DNA of 64,000 nucleotides. Source: an uncultured Thermoprotei archaeon (GTDB lineage: Archaea > Thermoproteota > Thermoprotei > Thermofilales > B15-G2). The translations under genes were made by a program, and so were the position numbers. Below the pieces are notes generated by a model. The model saw only the letters and a list, made by a program, of their open reading frames with translations. It was not told the DNA's origin and searched no databases. The stretch spans positions 54,201 to 118,200 of the forward strand of contig CBDUKN010000006.1 in NCBI GenBank assembly GCA_965367815.1, written 5' to 3'. Each line of letters starts with the position of its first letter. Position 1 is the stretch's first letter. Positions 10,378 through 20,258 of the stretch are shown here, in pieces.

Positions 10378-10905
10378 TTACACATTGTTGCAGAAACTTT
10401 CAGTTGATTTAAGTTTTTTAAGTCTTTCTAGTTTTAGAGTTTTGTTTTGTAGCTCATTTTCTATTTTTTCTAGCTGTTTTAATAATTTATTTTTCTCTTC
10501 TCCCTTAGCTTTACTTAATTTATTTAGTAATATGCTTTTAAGCTGTTCTAATGTCTTAATATCTTCTTCAATTAGTTTTATTTCAGCTGAAATATAGGGC
10601 TTTACAGAAAACCGTATTTGAGAATATTTTGCCAATAATTTGGCTAGTTCTTGTTCAAGTTCCCTTCTAATAATTGTTTTATAGCTTGTAGGTGCTTGCT
10701 GAATTATTTCAGTTAATTTCTTACTTAGCGCTGTTTTCTCTTGAGGAGTTAATGTTTCTCCTTTAATTAGTTTGTTTACTGCTTCAGTTAACTGAGGATA
10801 TATTAGTTGCGCTAGTAGAGCGTAATAAAGTCCGCGGGCAGTTTCTACTCCTAGTGTTTGCACTATTGTCTTAGCTACTTTCATCCAGTCGATGTTTCCG
10901 CTCAT
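10378..10905 (-). CDS. Coiled-coil protein, paralog of 15357-15920
   Basis: Shared N-terminal WxKVAKxIxxxLGxExARGLYYA motif; K/E/L-rich C-terminal helical hairpin. Confidence 0.8.
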   Translation of the reverse strand: MSGNIDWMKVAKTIVQTLGVETARGLYYALLAQLIYPQLTEAVNKLIKGETLTPQEKTALSKKLTEIIQQAPTSYKTIIRRELEQELAKLLAKYSQIRFSVKPYISAEIKLIEEDIKTLEQLKSILLNKLSKAKGEEKNKLLKQLEKIENELQNKTLKLERLKKLKSTESFCNNV

Positions 10906-10958
10906 ATTCTGTACCTCATACTTAATGTTTTCTTATAAGAGTTTGTTTCTATTTTAGT

Positions 10959-12608
10959 TTACTCTAGGTCTTTTAGTAGTTTTTCAGCTTCATCGAGCAG
11001 TTTCTGTACTTGTTCGAGTTGTTTTAAGTACTCTTCTCTGCTTATTTCTCCTTTCTCATATTTCTCTCTGAGCTCTCGGGCTTTTCTAGCAGATTCGAGT
11101 ATTAGAAGTCTCAGAGCCTTTCTTACTTCTTCTCTAGAGACTGTTTTCTTTTCTTTTACCCCTTTAAGTAGCTCAGATACAAGAGCTAAGACGACTGCGC
11201 TTGTGGCTGTAGTGAGTGCTGTTAATCCTATTGTTTTGAGTATTTCGTCTTTTGTTTCTTTTTCAATAGTCTTTCTTTTAGCTAAAGCAACTAAATGCTC
11301 TTTTTCCTCATCAAGGTACTTGAAGGCGTTTTCAATATTTATTAGGCCGTATCCTTGAGAATACTTATCGTAGCCTAAGTCGACAGCTGATTTTATGAGC
11401 ACTTCTTTTACTATAAAAGGTGTTTGTTTACCGTAGTCGAGCCCCCTTTCTTTCATGTACTGTAGTACTAGTGCGCATGCTCCAGCTACATGTGGTGTAG
11501 CCATGCTTGTTCCCTGTAGCGACAAATAGTGTGGTTCTACTAAGAGGTCTAAGTCTAGGTAATTTCTGAGGATTTCTGGATCTATTGTAGTTGAGCGCGC
11601 AGAGACTATTCCCTCGAACTTGTTTACTACTCTACCCTCTTCTTTCACCATGTAGCCTCCCGGAGCAACTACTTCAGGCTTCACTTCGCCTTTAGGTGAA
11701 GGCCCTCTACTGCTGTAGGGGGCTATTTTCTTGTGTTTGTCTACTGCGCCTACTGTTATAGCGTTACTTGCTATGCCGGGACACTCTATCGTGCCTTTGG
11801 CTGGACCAGAGTTTCCTGCTGCTACGCAGAATATTTTGCCGTATTTTTCTGTAATAGTGTCTACTGCCTCTACTAGCAGAGATTCGTAGTCTCCTGGGCC
11901 TCCTAGACTTAAATTGAATATGTCAGCTCCTTTGTCGAGAGCCCATTCTATAGCGGCTACTACGTCGTCTTCGTAGCCGTAGCCCTGTGTGTCGAGACAC
12001 TTAGCATTAATTACTGTAGAGTCTGGTGCTACACCTCGGTAAATGCTTCCTGCTCCAGCAGCTATGCCTGCTACATGCGTTCCGTGTCCGTTGTAGTCTA
12101 GCGGATCTTCCTCTGAAACAAAGCTTTCTGAAGCAGCTACTCTTCCCTTTAAGTCAGGGTGAGAAGAATCTACTCCTGTGTCTATTATCGCTATTGCTAC
12201 TCCTTTTCCGGTGAAGCCTGCTCGCCAAGCATAGTCGCCGGCAATCATTGGTACAGAAACGTTTAGGCAGGTTCTAACTCTATGTACTCTATGTACTTTA
12301 GTGAAAGGAACTTCGATTACTCCTTTAATAATGTCTAGTAGGTGTTTAGCTGGGAGCTCTGCGCTAAAAGCACTTACTGTTTTATAGATATGTCTAGGCT
12401 TCAAATTAAGTGTCTCTACTAAACTCTGCTTTACTCCTATTCCTTCGAGTATAGAAAAAGCTTTAGATAGATTCTTGAAAGCAGAATACAGAGCTTCAGG
12501 AGGCACTGTTTTAGTCCAGAAAACAGCGTTTATTGGCTCAAAGGGATTTCTTGAAACTACTTCGCTGAGAATTTTTTCAAGTCCTTTAGCTACAAACATT
12601 GCCTCCAC
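10959..12608 (-). CDS. Subtilisin-like S8 serine protease with prodomain, C-terminal hydrophobic helix and SHOCT-like tail
   Basis: Intact IIDTG, GHGTHVAG, AAGNSG, GTSMATP; no signal peptide; tail LREKYEKGEISREEYLKQL. Confidence 0.93.
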   Translation of the reverse strand: MEAMFVAKGLEKILSEVVSRNPFEPINAVFWTKTVPPEALYSAFKNLSKAFSILEGIGVKQSLVETLNLKPRHIYKTVSAFSAELPAKHLLDIIKGVIEVPFTKVHRVHRVRTCLNVSVPMIAGDYAWRAGFTGKGVAIAIIDTGVDSSHPDLKGRVAASESFVSEEDPLDYNGHGTHVAGIAAGAGSIYRGVAPDSTVINAKCLDTQGYGYEDDVVAAIEWALDKGADIFNLSLGGPGDYESLLVEAVDTITEKYGKIFCVAAGNSGPAKGTIECPGIASNAITVGAVDKHKKIAPYSSRGPSPKGEVKPEVVAPGGYMVKEEGRVVNKFEGIVSARSTTIDPEILRNYLDLDLLVEPHYLSLQGTSMATPHVAGACALVLQYMKERGLDYGKQTPFIVKEVLIKSAVDLGYDKYSQGYGLINIENAFKYLDEEKEHLVALAKRKTIEKETKDEILKTIGLTALTTATSAVVLALVSELLKGVKEKKTVSREEVRKALRLLILESARKARELREKYEKGEISREEYLKQLEQVQKLLDEAEKLLKDLE

Positions 12609-12903
12609 CTAAAGCTCGTACTCTGCCAACTAAAGACACTTTTATTACAGCGCTATGTGAAGCTATCTTAGGTATTAGCGAAACTCTAGTTTCCACCGAA
12701 ACAACGGGCTTGAATTTGTATCGATGGAGAACTCTACAGCCCAAATTCTCAAGAAAACTCAAGACAATTTCTTCGCATCCCTCAGCGCAGTATACGAATA
12801 CTTTTACTTCGCTATCTTTTTCCCCCTGTTTCCAAGACTCAAGTATCTGAATTAAACTGGAGTCGAGTTTCGATAAGTAGTCTTCAGACACCACAGTACT
12901 CAC
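12586..12903 (-). CDS. Stand-alone subtilisin propeptide (I9 inhibitor-like) protein
   Basis: KLDSSL...VKVFV...LENLGCRVLHRYKFKPVVSVE...IPKIASHSAVIKVSLVGRVRAL matches the S8 prodomain pattern; overlaps the protease start. Confidence 0.7.
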   Translation of the reverse strand: MSTVVSEDYLSKLDSSLIQILESWKQGEKDSEVKVFVYCAEGCEEIVLSFLENLGCRVLHRYKFKPVVSVETRVSLIPKIASHSAVIKVSLVGRVRALGGGNVCS

Positions 12904-12998
12904 TAAGCATTGTAGTTAATATACTTCGCGATAGAATAGTTTAGTGCCAATAATTTGGGTAAATTACTTTAAGGAAAACGAGTCTTAATCAAACTCTA

Positions 12999-15161
12999 CT
13001 AAGTAAACATACGCGTTAATTCTTCTCTTATTTTCTCGTAGCGCTCTAGGTCTTCGGGCTTAAGACTAGGCTTAACTACTTTCATTGCTTTTTCAAAGTG
13101 CCTCATATGTACTTTAGTAGGTTTGCCTGCTTCTCTTAACGCTGTCATTGCTGCTTCTCGGCATAAGGCGGCTAAGTCGGCGCCGCTATATAATTCTGTT
13201 CGCTCGGCTATTTTCTTTAAGTCGACATCTTCTGCTAAAGGCATTCTCCTAGTATGTACTTTCAGTATTTCGTAGCGGGCTTCAAGGTCTGGTGGAGGAA
13301 CATATATTAGTCTGTCGAAGCGACCGGGCCTTAGGAGAGCTGGGTCTATTATGTCGAGGCGGTTAGTTGCCGCCAATACTACTATTCCCTCTAGTTTCTC
13401 TATTCCGTCCATTTCTGTTAAAAGCTGGTTAACTATTCTATCGGTGACGCCTGAGTCGAATCTAGTGCCTCTTCTAGGCGCTATAGCGTCTATTTCGTCG
13501 AAAAATATTATGCAGGGAGCTACTTGTCTGGCTCTAGCGAATATTTCTCTGACTGCTTTTTCGCTTTCACCTACCCACTTGCTTAGAATCTCGGGGCCTT
13601 TAACTGAAATAAAGTTTGCTCCGCTTTCTGTTGCAGCTGCTTTAGCCAATAGTGTTTTACCGCAGCCTGGCGGCCCGTAGAGTAGTACTCCTTTGGGAGG
13701 ATCTATGCCCATTTCCTTGAAGAACTCCGGGTGCTTAATAGGCCACTCGACAGCCTCTCTTACCATCTGCTTTGCTTCTTTAAGCCCGCCTATGTTCTCC
13801 CAGTGTACTTCAGGTACTTCGACGTATACTTCTCTCATAGCTGTAGGCTGAATATCTTTGAGTGCCTCCATGAAATCCCTTCGAGTGACTTCTATTTCCT
13901 CTAAAACTTCTGGAGGTATTTCGCCTTTACTGAAATTTATTTTAGGCAGAACTCTCCTTAGAGCATTCATTGCTGCTTCTCGACACAGTGCAGCAAGGTC
14001 TGCTCCCGTATATCCGTGAGTAAGTGCCGCAATTTCGTCGAGATCTACATCTTTTGCTAGAGGCATGTTTCTCGTATGTATAGCTAGTATTTCTCTACGC
14101 GCTTTTTTGTCAGGTACCGGAAAGAATATTTCTCGATCAAATCTACCAGGTCTCCTGAGCGCTGGATCTACATCATTTATTCTATTTGTAGTAGCTATCA
14201 CTACTACTTGTTCTGCTTCCTCAAGCCCGTCCATTAATGTCAATAGCTGAGCTACAATTCTTCTTTCAACTTCGCCTACTTCTTCTCTCTTAGGCGCTAT
14301 AGCATCTATTTCATCAATAAATATTATAGCAGGAGCGTTCTCTTTTGCTGCCTTAAATATTTCTCTGAGTCTAGCTTCGCTTTCACCATAGTACTTGCTT
14401 ACGATCTCCGGACCATTTATAGCTATAAAGTAGGCGCCAGACTCATTTGCCACAGCTTTAGCTAAAAGGGTTTTACCTGTTCCAGGCGGCCCGTAAAACA
14501 GTACACCTTTAGGCGGCTGTACACCGAGACGCTTAAATACTTCGGGGTATCTTAAGGGAAACTCCACCATTTCTCTTACTTTGCACTTTACTTCCTCCAA
14601 GCCTCCTATATCTTCGTAAGTGACTTTAGGTATAGTGAGCTCAAGTTGTTCCGGCTTCCTGCGGATAATGACTTCAGTTACATCACTTATCTGAACTACT
14701 CCTGGAGGAGCTGTGCTGACTACAATAAACTTAAGAGAAGTTCTAAGTAAGGGTACTTCAATAATACTTCCCCGACAAAGAGGTGTAGCTTTAAGCCTAG
14801 ATTTAACGTAGTCTACGAATTCTCTTGAAATATCTTCAAGAGACGCCTCAAGAGGCGCTAAAACAATTCTTTTAGCGCGATCTACTTTAACCGCTTTTCT
14901 AATTTTAATTACTTCACCTAAACTTATTTCAGCGCTTTTTCTCAGCAATGCATCTATTCTAATAATACCCTGCCCCCAGTCTTCAGGATAAGGCGACGCT
15001 ACAGTAGCTACAGTACTCTTTTTGCCTTCTATTTCAACAACATCTCCCACAGATAATCCAAGAAGACTCATTACTTTACCGTCTATCCTAGCAATGCTTT
15101 TGCCAACATCCCATGGTTTAGCCTCAGCAACCTTTAAAGTCACTTCACGAACTAAACTCAT
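12999..15161 (-). CDS. cdc48: CDC48/VCP family AAA+ ATPase
   Basis: N-domain ([14 protein letters not shown]), GPPGTGKT and GPPGCGKT Walker A, IDEID/FDEID Walker [11 protein letters not shown] and [10 protein letters not shown]. Confidence 0.97.
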   Translation of the reverse strand: MSLVREVTLKVAEAKPWDVGKSIARIDGKVMSLLGLSVGDVVEIEGKKSTVATVASPYPEDWGQGIIRIDALLRKSAEISLGEVIKIRKAVKVDRAKRIVLAPLEASLEDISREFVDYVKSRLKATPLCRGSIIEVPLLRTSLKFIVVSTAPPGVVQISDVTEVIIRRKPEQLELTIPKVTYEDIGGLEEVKCKVREMVEFPLRYPEVFKRLGVQPPKGVLFYGPPGTGKTLLAKAVANESGAYFIAINGPEIVSKYYGESEARLREIFKAAKENAPAIIFIDEIDAIAPKREEVGEVERRIVAQLLTLMDGLEEAEQVVVIATTNRINDVDPALRRPGRFDREIFFPVPDKKARREILAIHTRNMPLAKDVDLDEIAALTHGYTGADLAALCREAAMNALRRVLPKINFSKGEIPPEVLEEIEVTRRDFMEALKDIQPTAMREVYVEVPEVHWENIGGLKEAKQMVREAVEWPIKHPEFFKEMGIDPPKGVLLYGPPGCGKTLLAKAAATESGANFISVKGPEILSKWVGESEKAVREIFARARQVAPCIIFFDEIDAIAPRRGTRFDSGVTDRIVNQLLTEMDGIEKLEGIVVLAATNRLDIIDPALLRPGRFDRLIYVPPPDLEARYEILKVHTRRMPLAEDVDLKKIAERTELYSGADLAALCREAAMTALREAGKPTKVHMRHFEKAMKVVKPSLKPEDLERYEKIREELTRMFT

Positions 15162-15356
15162 TAATTAAATTAACTGTTAATAGTTAATTAGTTTTCTCAT
15201 AAAAAGATAGTACACAAAGTTCAATATACTTTCAGATACTTTAATGAAAAATATTTGTATAGAATAGTATTTTTAAAAGAAATCGATTAAAGAATAGCTC
15301 TTATTTCTTCACGCAAAATTTATTAGCATTTAGACTACATTTACTTACTGATAATT

Positions 15357-15920
15357 ATGAGTGAAGAAATTCCATGGGATAAAGTCGCAAAAGAAATCAT
15401 TAAAATTTTAGGCACAGAAAGCGCGAGAGGACTCTACTATGCTTTCATCTACCACTCGCTTTACCCTATGCTAGTTAACATAATTTCTCAAAAAGTCAGA
15501 GGAGGAAGTAGAGTAGATGAAAAAGAGCTTATCGAGGCTGTTAGACAGGAAGTAAGAAAACTTCAGCAGACAGTAGAACCTCAGCCCGTCCAGCCAGCTG
15601 TAAGTGAAGATGAGCTAGCTAAGAAAATAGCTCAGATACTAAGACAAATGACTATTACTGCACAGCAGCCTCAAGTAGCTCAAGTTCATACCATAGTTTC
15701 ACGGTCTTCTCAGCAGCCAGCAGCTCTACCTGAGCTAAAAATGATTGAAGGTGAGATCAAAGCTCTCGAAGAAGCTAGAATAGAGTTAAAGAAAATGGCT
15801 TTACTTGAATTCAATGAAGAAAAACTCAAGAAAATTAACGAGAGATTAACTCAAATAGAACAGCGTCTAAGAGAACTGTATGCTCAAAAAGCCTACTTGA
15901 CAGCTACCCAAAAGAAATAG
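15357..15920 (+). CDS. Coiled-coil protein, paralog of 10378-10905
   Basis: Same N-terminal motif, Q/P-rich linkers, C-terminal coiled-coil hairpin. Confidence 0.8.
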   Translation: MSEEIPWDKVAKEIIKILGTESARGLYYAFIYHSLYPMLVNIISQKVRGGSRVDEKELIEAVRQEVRKLQQTVEPQPVQPAVSEDELAKKIAQILRQMTITAQQPQVAQVHTIVSRSSQQPAALPELKMIEGEIKALEEARIELKKMALLEFNEEKLKKINERLTQIEQRLRELYAQKAYLTATQKK

Positions 15921-16087
15921 CTAGAATTCTTAAGTAAAAGCCCGCACTAGAAGCTACTCAATTTTATTTAACTTAAGTGCTTGAGAGAAATATTAAGCTA
16001 ATAGCTGAAGTAAAGAGAAAGGATCTTTGGCTACTGGAAAAAGAATTTAAGTAAACTAAAGTATTCTTGAAATAGGGGGACGGTACT

Positions 16088-16495
16088 TTGAGTGAAAAGT
16101 GGGCTATTTTAGCTCCATTTATACTTGGCTTAATTCTCGGCAAGAAATCTCAAGTAGTTGAAGCTGAAGTTCCCCCTCGCATAGTGTATTTCCCTCTAGA
16201 AGAAAAAAGTGATACATTCAGTGAAATTTCTTTAGATGAGATAAAGAATCTACTAAAAGACATTGCTTCTAAAAGCGGATTAAAGCTTAATGAAAATGAT
16301 TTAGAGATATTAGCAAATAAAACTAAATATTACTTAGATTTATATAGAGAAAAAGCATACTGTTTGAAAATGATTAGAGACCTTTCTAAAGCATTTATGG
16401 AAAGACGAATATCTAGTTCTCTATACACTTCGCTTGTAAGAATATATAAACAAAGGCTCATTGAAATAGAATTGAAGTTAAGTAAGATCAGCTAA
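16088..16495 (+). CDS. Small protein with N-terminal hydrophobic anchor and SHOCT-like C-terminal helices
   Basis: WAILAPFILGLILGKK; LSKAFMERRISSSLYTSL; GGGGA RBS upstream. Confidence 0.7.
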   Translation: MSEKWAILAPFILGLILGKKSQVVEAEVPPRIVYFPLEEKSDTFSEISLDEIKNLLKDIASKSGLKLNENDLEILANKTKYYLDLYREKAYCLKMIRDLSKAFMERRISSSLYTSLVRIYKQRLIEIELKLSKIS

Positions 16496-16504
16496 GGTGA
16501 AAAA

Positions 16505-18442
16505 TTGTACAGAAGATCGCCTATTAGTACTGCAGTCGAATACTATAGGAAGCTTAAAGAAACGGAGTTTATTGAAGTGCTGTCTGCTGAAGAACTTAAA
16601 GCTAATTATAGCAGAAAAGATTTAGTAAAGTATATCGATTTTCTGTCAAAACTCCGTAGCGAAGTACTCTCAGCAGACCTATATCCACACCACCGCAAAG
16701 ATATCTTAGCCAAAATAGATAGAAGACTAAGTAAACTAAAAGTAGTTCTAAGCGGAGGCAAAGAAACTCCAATGCTGGAAATTCTAATTGAAGCAGATAA
16801 AAGTGAAGTATTTGAAGAGGAAGTAGCAAAAATATCGTGTCTGCTTGTAAACAACTATTTTAGAGAAGCTAAAGTAATATTGAGCTTAGAGGGAGTCGGA
16901 GTATCTTTTCCAAAAGGCAGGAGCTACACTGTATATCTTGCTTCAGGCGAAAAATACTCACTAGAAATACCTGCTGTAGCCGAGAAAACAGGAGAAGCTA
17001 CTATAGGACCTATTGTAGCTGAAGCAACTTTCTCTGACGGCAAAAGAATTAACGTAAAGTCAAAGCTACTTAAGATTAAGGTTAAGCCGTATAGACCTAT
17101 GCTTGAAGTAGTGCGTAGAGTTAAGTCTAAAAACATTATAGAAGGAAAACCAGCTGAAGTAGAAATTATTCTTCGTAATGTAGGTACAACTGCTCTTGGC
17201 GTAAGTGTAGTAGAACCTATAGAAGGTATGAAAATTGAAGGCGAGTACAAGTGGAGAGGTGTACTCAAGCCCGGCGAAGAAAAAGTACTTAAGTATAAGA
17301 TATACTTGCCCTCTGGTTCACATACACTACCTTCAACTAAAGTAATATACAGAGATCCTCGAGGAAGCACTTGGGAGAAACTGCTTAAAGAAGAAGTAAT
17401 TGAAGTAAAGCCTATTGAAGCGGAGAAAACAGACTATAACTCTCTCATAGACCTATTTTTCAAAAGTGCTTTTTCAGCAGGATTAGGCTATTTAGTAGGA
17501 AAATATATTGTAGGGAAAAAGCTTCCCGAGATAAAGAAGTACTCTAAGCCAGTTTTTATTCAAGGAAACATACCTTGGAAGAAAATTGAGGTTAAAGGAC
17601 AAGAAGTAACAATTATATTTGAACATCCTATAGCGACTGTTACAGAAGATAGAGGTAGCTATATTGCATTAAGGCCGGCTACTCTAGAAGAAATATTATT
17701 GGCTACAGATATCCACTTAGCCAGAACACTTCAGCTAGAATTCTGTACAAAAGTTGAAAACATTTTTAAGTACTGGAGACCCAGACTAGGGGGAGAAGTT
17801 AATTTAAGTTATAAGAGAATAGATTTATCTAAGGAAGAAAAAGAAGCTATTAGAAAAGAATTAGAAGCAAAAAGAGAAGTTATTAATGAAAAGAAATTAA
17901 GTATGCTTCCCGAAAACACTCTACTAGAATTTATTTATTACATGGGAGGCTTTTTCCGGAAAAAAGAGTTCGCCATATATGTGCTTACTTACTCTAGACT
18001 TAAAAAACTCTTTTACAATGAAATAGACCACAAGCCTCTAGCTAAAGCTGAAGCCCTTAAGGCTATAGAGAAGAGAATTAGAAAAGATATAGAGTATGTA
18101 CTCATATTAGCTTCTCCTACTGGCTGGGATCAGAAAAGTATAGAGGAAGTAGAGTCATTTATTCTACCTAACTCTCACATACTTCTAGTAGATCTCAAGA
18201 CTGGTGAAGTATACTTTAATAAAAACGACCCTATTGCCTGTGAAATAGCCTCACTTATAGCTAAAGAAACTACAGGTCTTCCACCTATACCTAAAGAAGC
18301 TAGAAAAGAATTCGATAAACTCACAGAAATGCTTGTTAAAGGAGAAATAAACGAAAAAGAATATTTAAATAAAATATTAGAGCTTCTAGGAGTTAAAATA
18401 AAAGTTAAAGAAAAAGCTAGCAGAGCTAGCTTTTTGCTCTAA
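16505..18442 (+). CDS. Multidomain protein: helical N-terminus, two Ig-like (CARDB/BatD-like) domains, hydrophobic helix, alpha/beta (possibly PD-(D/E)xK-fold) domain, SHOCT-like tail
   Basis: VEIILRNVG..GVLKPGEEKVLKY; FSAGLGYLVGKY; VLILASPTGWD..ILLVDLKTG; LTEMLVKGEINEKEYL. Confidence 0.75.
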   Translation: MYRRSPISTAVEYYRKLKETEFIEVLSAEELKANYSRKDLVKYIDFLSKLRSEVLSADLYPHHRKDILAKIDRRLSKLKVVLSGGKETPMLEILIEADKSEVFEEEVAKISCLLVNNYFREAKVILSLEGVGVSFPKGRSYTVYLASGEKYSLEIPAVAEKTGEATIGPIVAEATFSDGKRINVKSKLLKIKVKPYRPMLEVVRRVKSKNIIEGKPAEVEIILRNVGTTALGVSVVEPIEGMKIEGEYKWRGVLKPGEEKVLKYKIYLPSGSHTLPSTKVIYRDPRGSTWEKLLKEEVIEVKPIEAEKTDYNSLIDLFFKSAFSAGLGYLVGKYIVGKKLPEIKKYSKPVFIQGNIPWKKIEVKGQEVTIIFEHPIATVTEDRGSYIALRPATLEEILLATDIHLARTLQLEFCTKVENIFKYWRPRLGGEVNLSYKRIDLSKEEKEAIRKELEAKREVINEKKLSMLPENTLLEFIYYMGGFFRKKEFAIYVLTYSRLKKLFYNEIDHKPLAKAEALKAIEKRIRKDIEYVLILASPTGWDQKSIEEVESFILPNSHILLVDLKTGEVYFNKNDPIACEIASLIAKETTGLPPIPKEARKEFDKLTEMLVKGEINEKEYLNKILELLGVKIKVKEKASRASFLL

Positions 18443-18801
18443 TGACTGCTCCTAATACTCCTCCTACAAGCCCTATTAGAGCTCCTTTGAGCGAAAGAAC
18501 GACTACTAGTAAAGCTAATCCTATTCCAGCATGAGGTGCATAGGGAGCTAGAGGAGGAATTACTATTGTTAAGAGAAACGGGGAAAAGAATTGCTACTAG
18601 TGTTGCGAGAATAAGACTTCCAAGTATACCCGCTAAGAAGCCTGCAAGAGCACCTCTACCCATTCCGCCTCCAGCTATAAAGCCTGCAATAAGCCCTGCT
18701 ATGAAGTCTCCTATAAGCGGTAAAGGACCACTTAATACTGCGTGTAGAATAAAGCCAACTATTACTCCAAGCAAAAAGTTGCCTTTTGTGGTGGTCATCA
18801 C
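18426..18801 (-). pseudogene. DUF5518-like Gly-rich membrane protein, frameshifted
   Basis: GLIAGFIAGGGMGRGALAGFLAG; after the TTTTCCCC run near 18580 the alternative frame continues PFLLTIVI...GLVGGVLGAVIRAKS*. Confidence 0.7.
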
Positions 18802-19176
18802 ATTACTTAAACATAGGTGAAATAAAAATTTAACTTAAATGACTTTAGTCGCATTAAAATTACTTCACAAGCTTTATCTTCGAGAATCTTCAATCGAAAA
18901 TAGTTTTCTCTTTGTTCTAAACCAGATAATTATAATACTTGTTGAAAATCTCCTTCATTGGACTGTCAACAGAAAACAAAATTACTCTATTAAAGTTCTC
19001 AAAAATTTCAAGAACTAGAATACTTTTAAAAGTAATAAACATTAGAGTTTATTTAAATGAGCTACATGGGGGTTATAAGTTTAAAAAGTTTTAGAGGAGT
19101 ATTACTGAGACTTTAATAAATGCTTACTTGAAATTTAATTAAATGTAAAGAAGAATAGTTCTTTTAGGGAGTTTAA

Positions 19177-19933
19177 ATGAAAGGAATTAGAGTAGTGTTT
19201 AGGAGCCCTCATGCATCTCATGTGACAGTGAGTGCAGAGAAAGTGTTTTTCTGTGCCAGAAGACTTAAGTCTCGAGGAGGCATCGTTTTTTGCTTTAGGA
19301 GCAATATGTTTACAAGGCGTTAGAAAAGCGGGAGTTGAGATAGGTGAATCTGCTTTAGTTATAGGATTAGGGCTTGTCGGCCAGCTTACGGTTCAGCTTT
19401 TAAAACTTAGTGGTGCTATGCCTGTAATAGGGCTAGACCTATATGAGGGAAGACTTAAGTTAGCGAGAAAATTGGGAGCAGATTATGTTTTTAATCCTTC
19501 TAAAGTAGACGTCGAAAAAGAGATCCTTAGGTTAACCGAAGGTAAAGGAGCTTCGCTCACAATAGAGGCTTCCGGTAGCCCCGAAGCTGTAAATCTAGCA
19601 TTCAGGCTTACGAGAAAGTTAGGTAGAGTAGTTTTGCTTGGGAGTAGTAGAGGCGAGACTACTGTAGATTTCTATAGAGATATTCATAGGAAAGGGCTTC
19701 ATGTAATAGGGGCACACGTGTCTACAGTGCCTGAAGTAGAATCTTTTAGATACTACTGGACTCTCAAGGACGAGATAAAAACGTTCTTTAAGCTTCTTAA
19801 AATGAGAAGCCTCAATGTTAAGGACCTTATATCAGTTAAGTTAAGTTTCAAAGACGCGGGTGAAGCTTACGAGTTGCTGAGAAAAGAAAAAGACAGAGTT
19901 ATAGGAGTCCTCTTGGACTGGACTAGTGCCTAA
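19177..19933 (+). pseudogene. Zinc-binding (MDR) alcohol dehydrogenase, internally deleted and frameshifted
   Basis: ATG 19177 MKGIRVVFRSP is joined directly to HASHV (most of the GroES-like domain absent), frameshift in a T-run, then the GLGLVG Rossmann domain. Confidence 0.8.
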
Positions 19934-20021
19934 GTTTAAGTATTCTAGAATACAGTGTTATCCGGTTAACTAAACAACTTTTACATATTTGAGCAATAGT
20001 ATTGTTACTTGGTGGATCTAA

Positions 20022-20258
20022 TTGATTGCTATTGGTCGAGTGGGCTCGAAAGGAGAGCTTTTTCCTCCTAAAGAAATTAGAGAAAAGTTAGGTCTCAGAC
20101 CTCACATGAAGGTAATTTATAGAGTTGAGAAAGGGAGGCTTATTGTTGGGCCTATTCCAAGTATAGAAGATGTCCTTAAGGAGCCTTGCGAAGTAGAAAT
20201 AACTTTAGAAGGGTTTCATAGGTTTAGGAAAAAGCTTTCACATGAAGCTGAATCATGA
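20022..20258 (+). CDS. vapB: AbrB-type antitoxin
   Basis: RVGSKGELFPPKEIREKLGL. Confidence 0.8.
   Translation: MIAIGRVGSKGELFPPKEIREKLGLRPHMKVIYRVEKGRLIVGPIPSIEDVLKEPCEVEITLEGFHRFRKKLSHEAES

Noticed and set aside
10378-18442. Calling the Cdc48 cluster an ESCRT/Cdv or IetAS system
   Set aside because: No Vps4-type MIT single-ring ATPase or recognisable Snf7 sequence, and the ATPase is a full two-ring Cdc48; only an analogy is supported.
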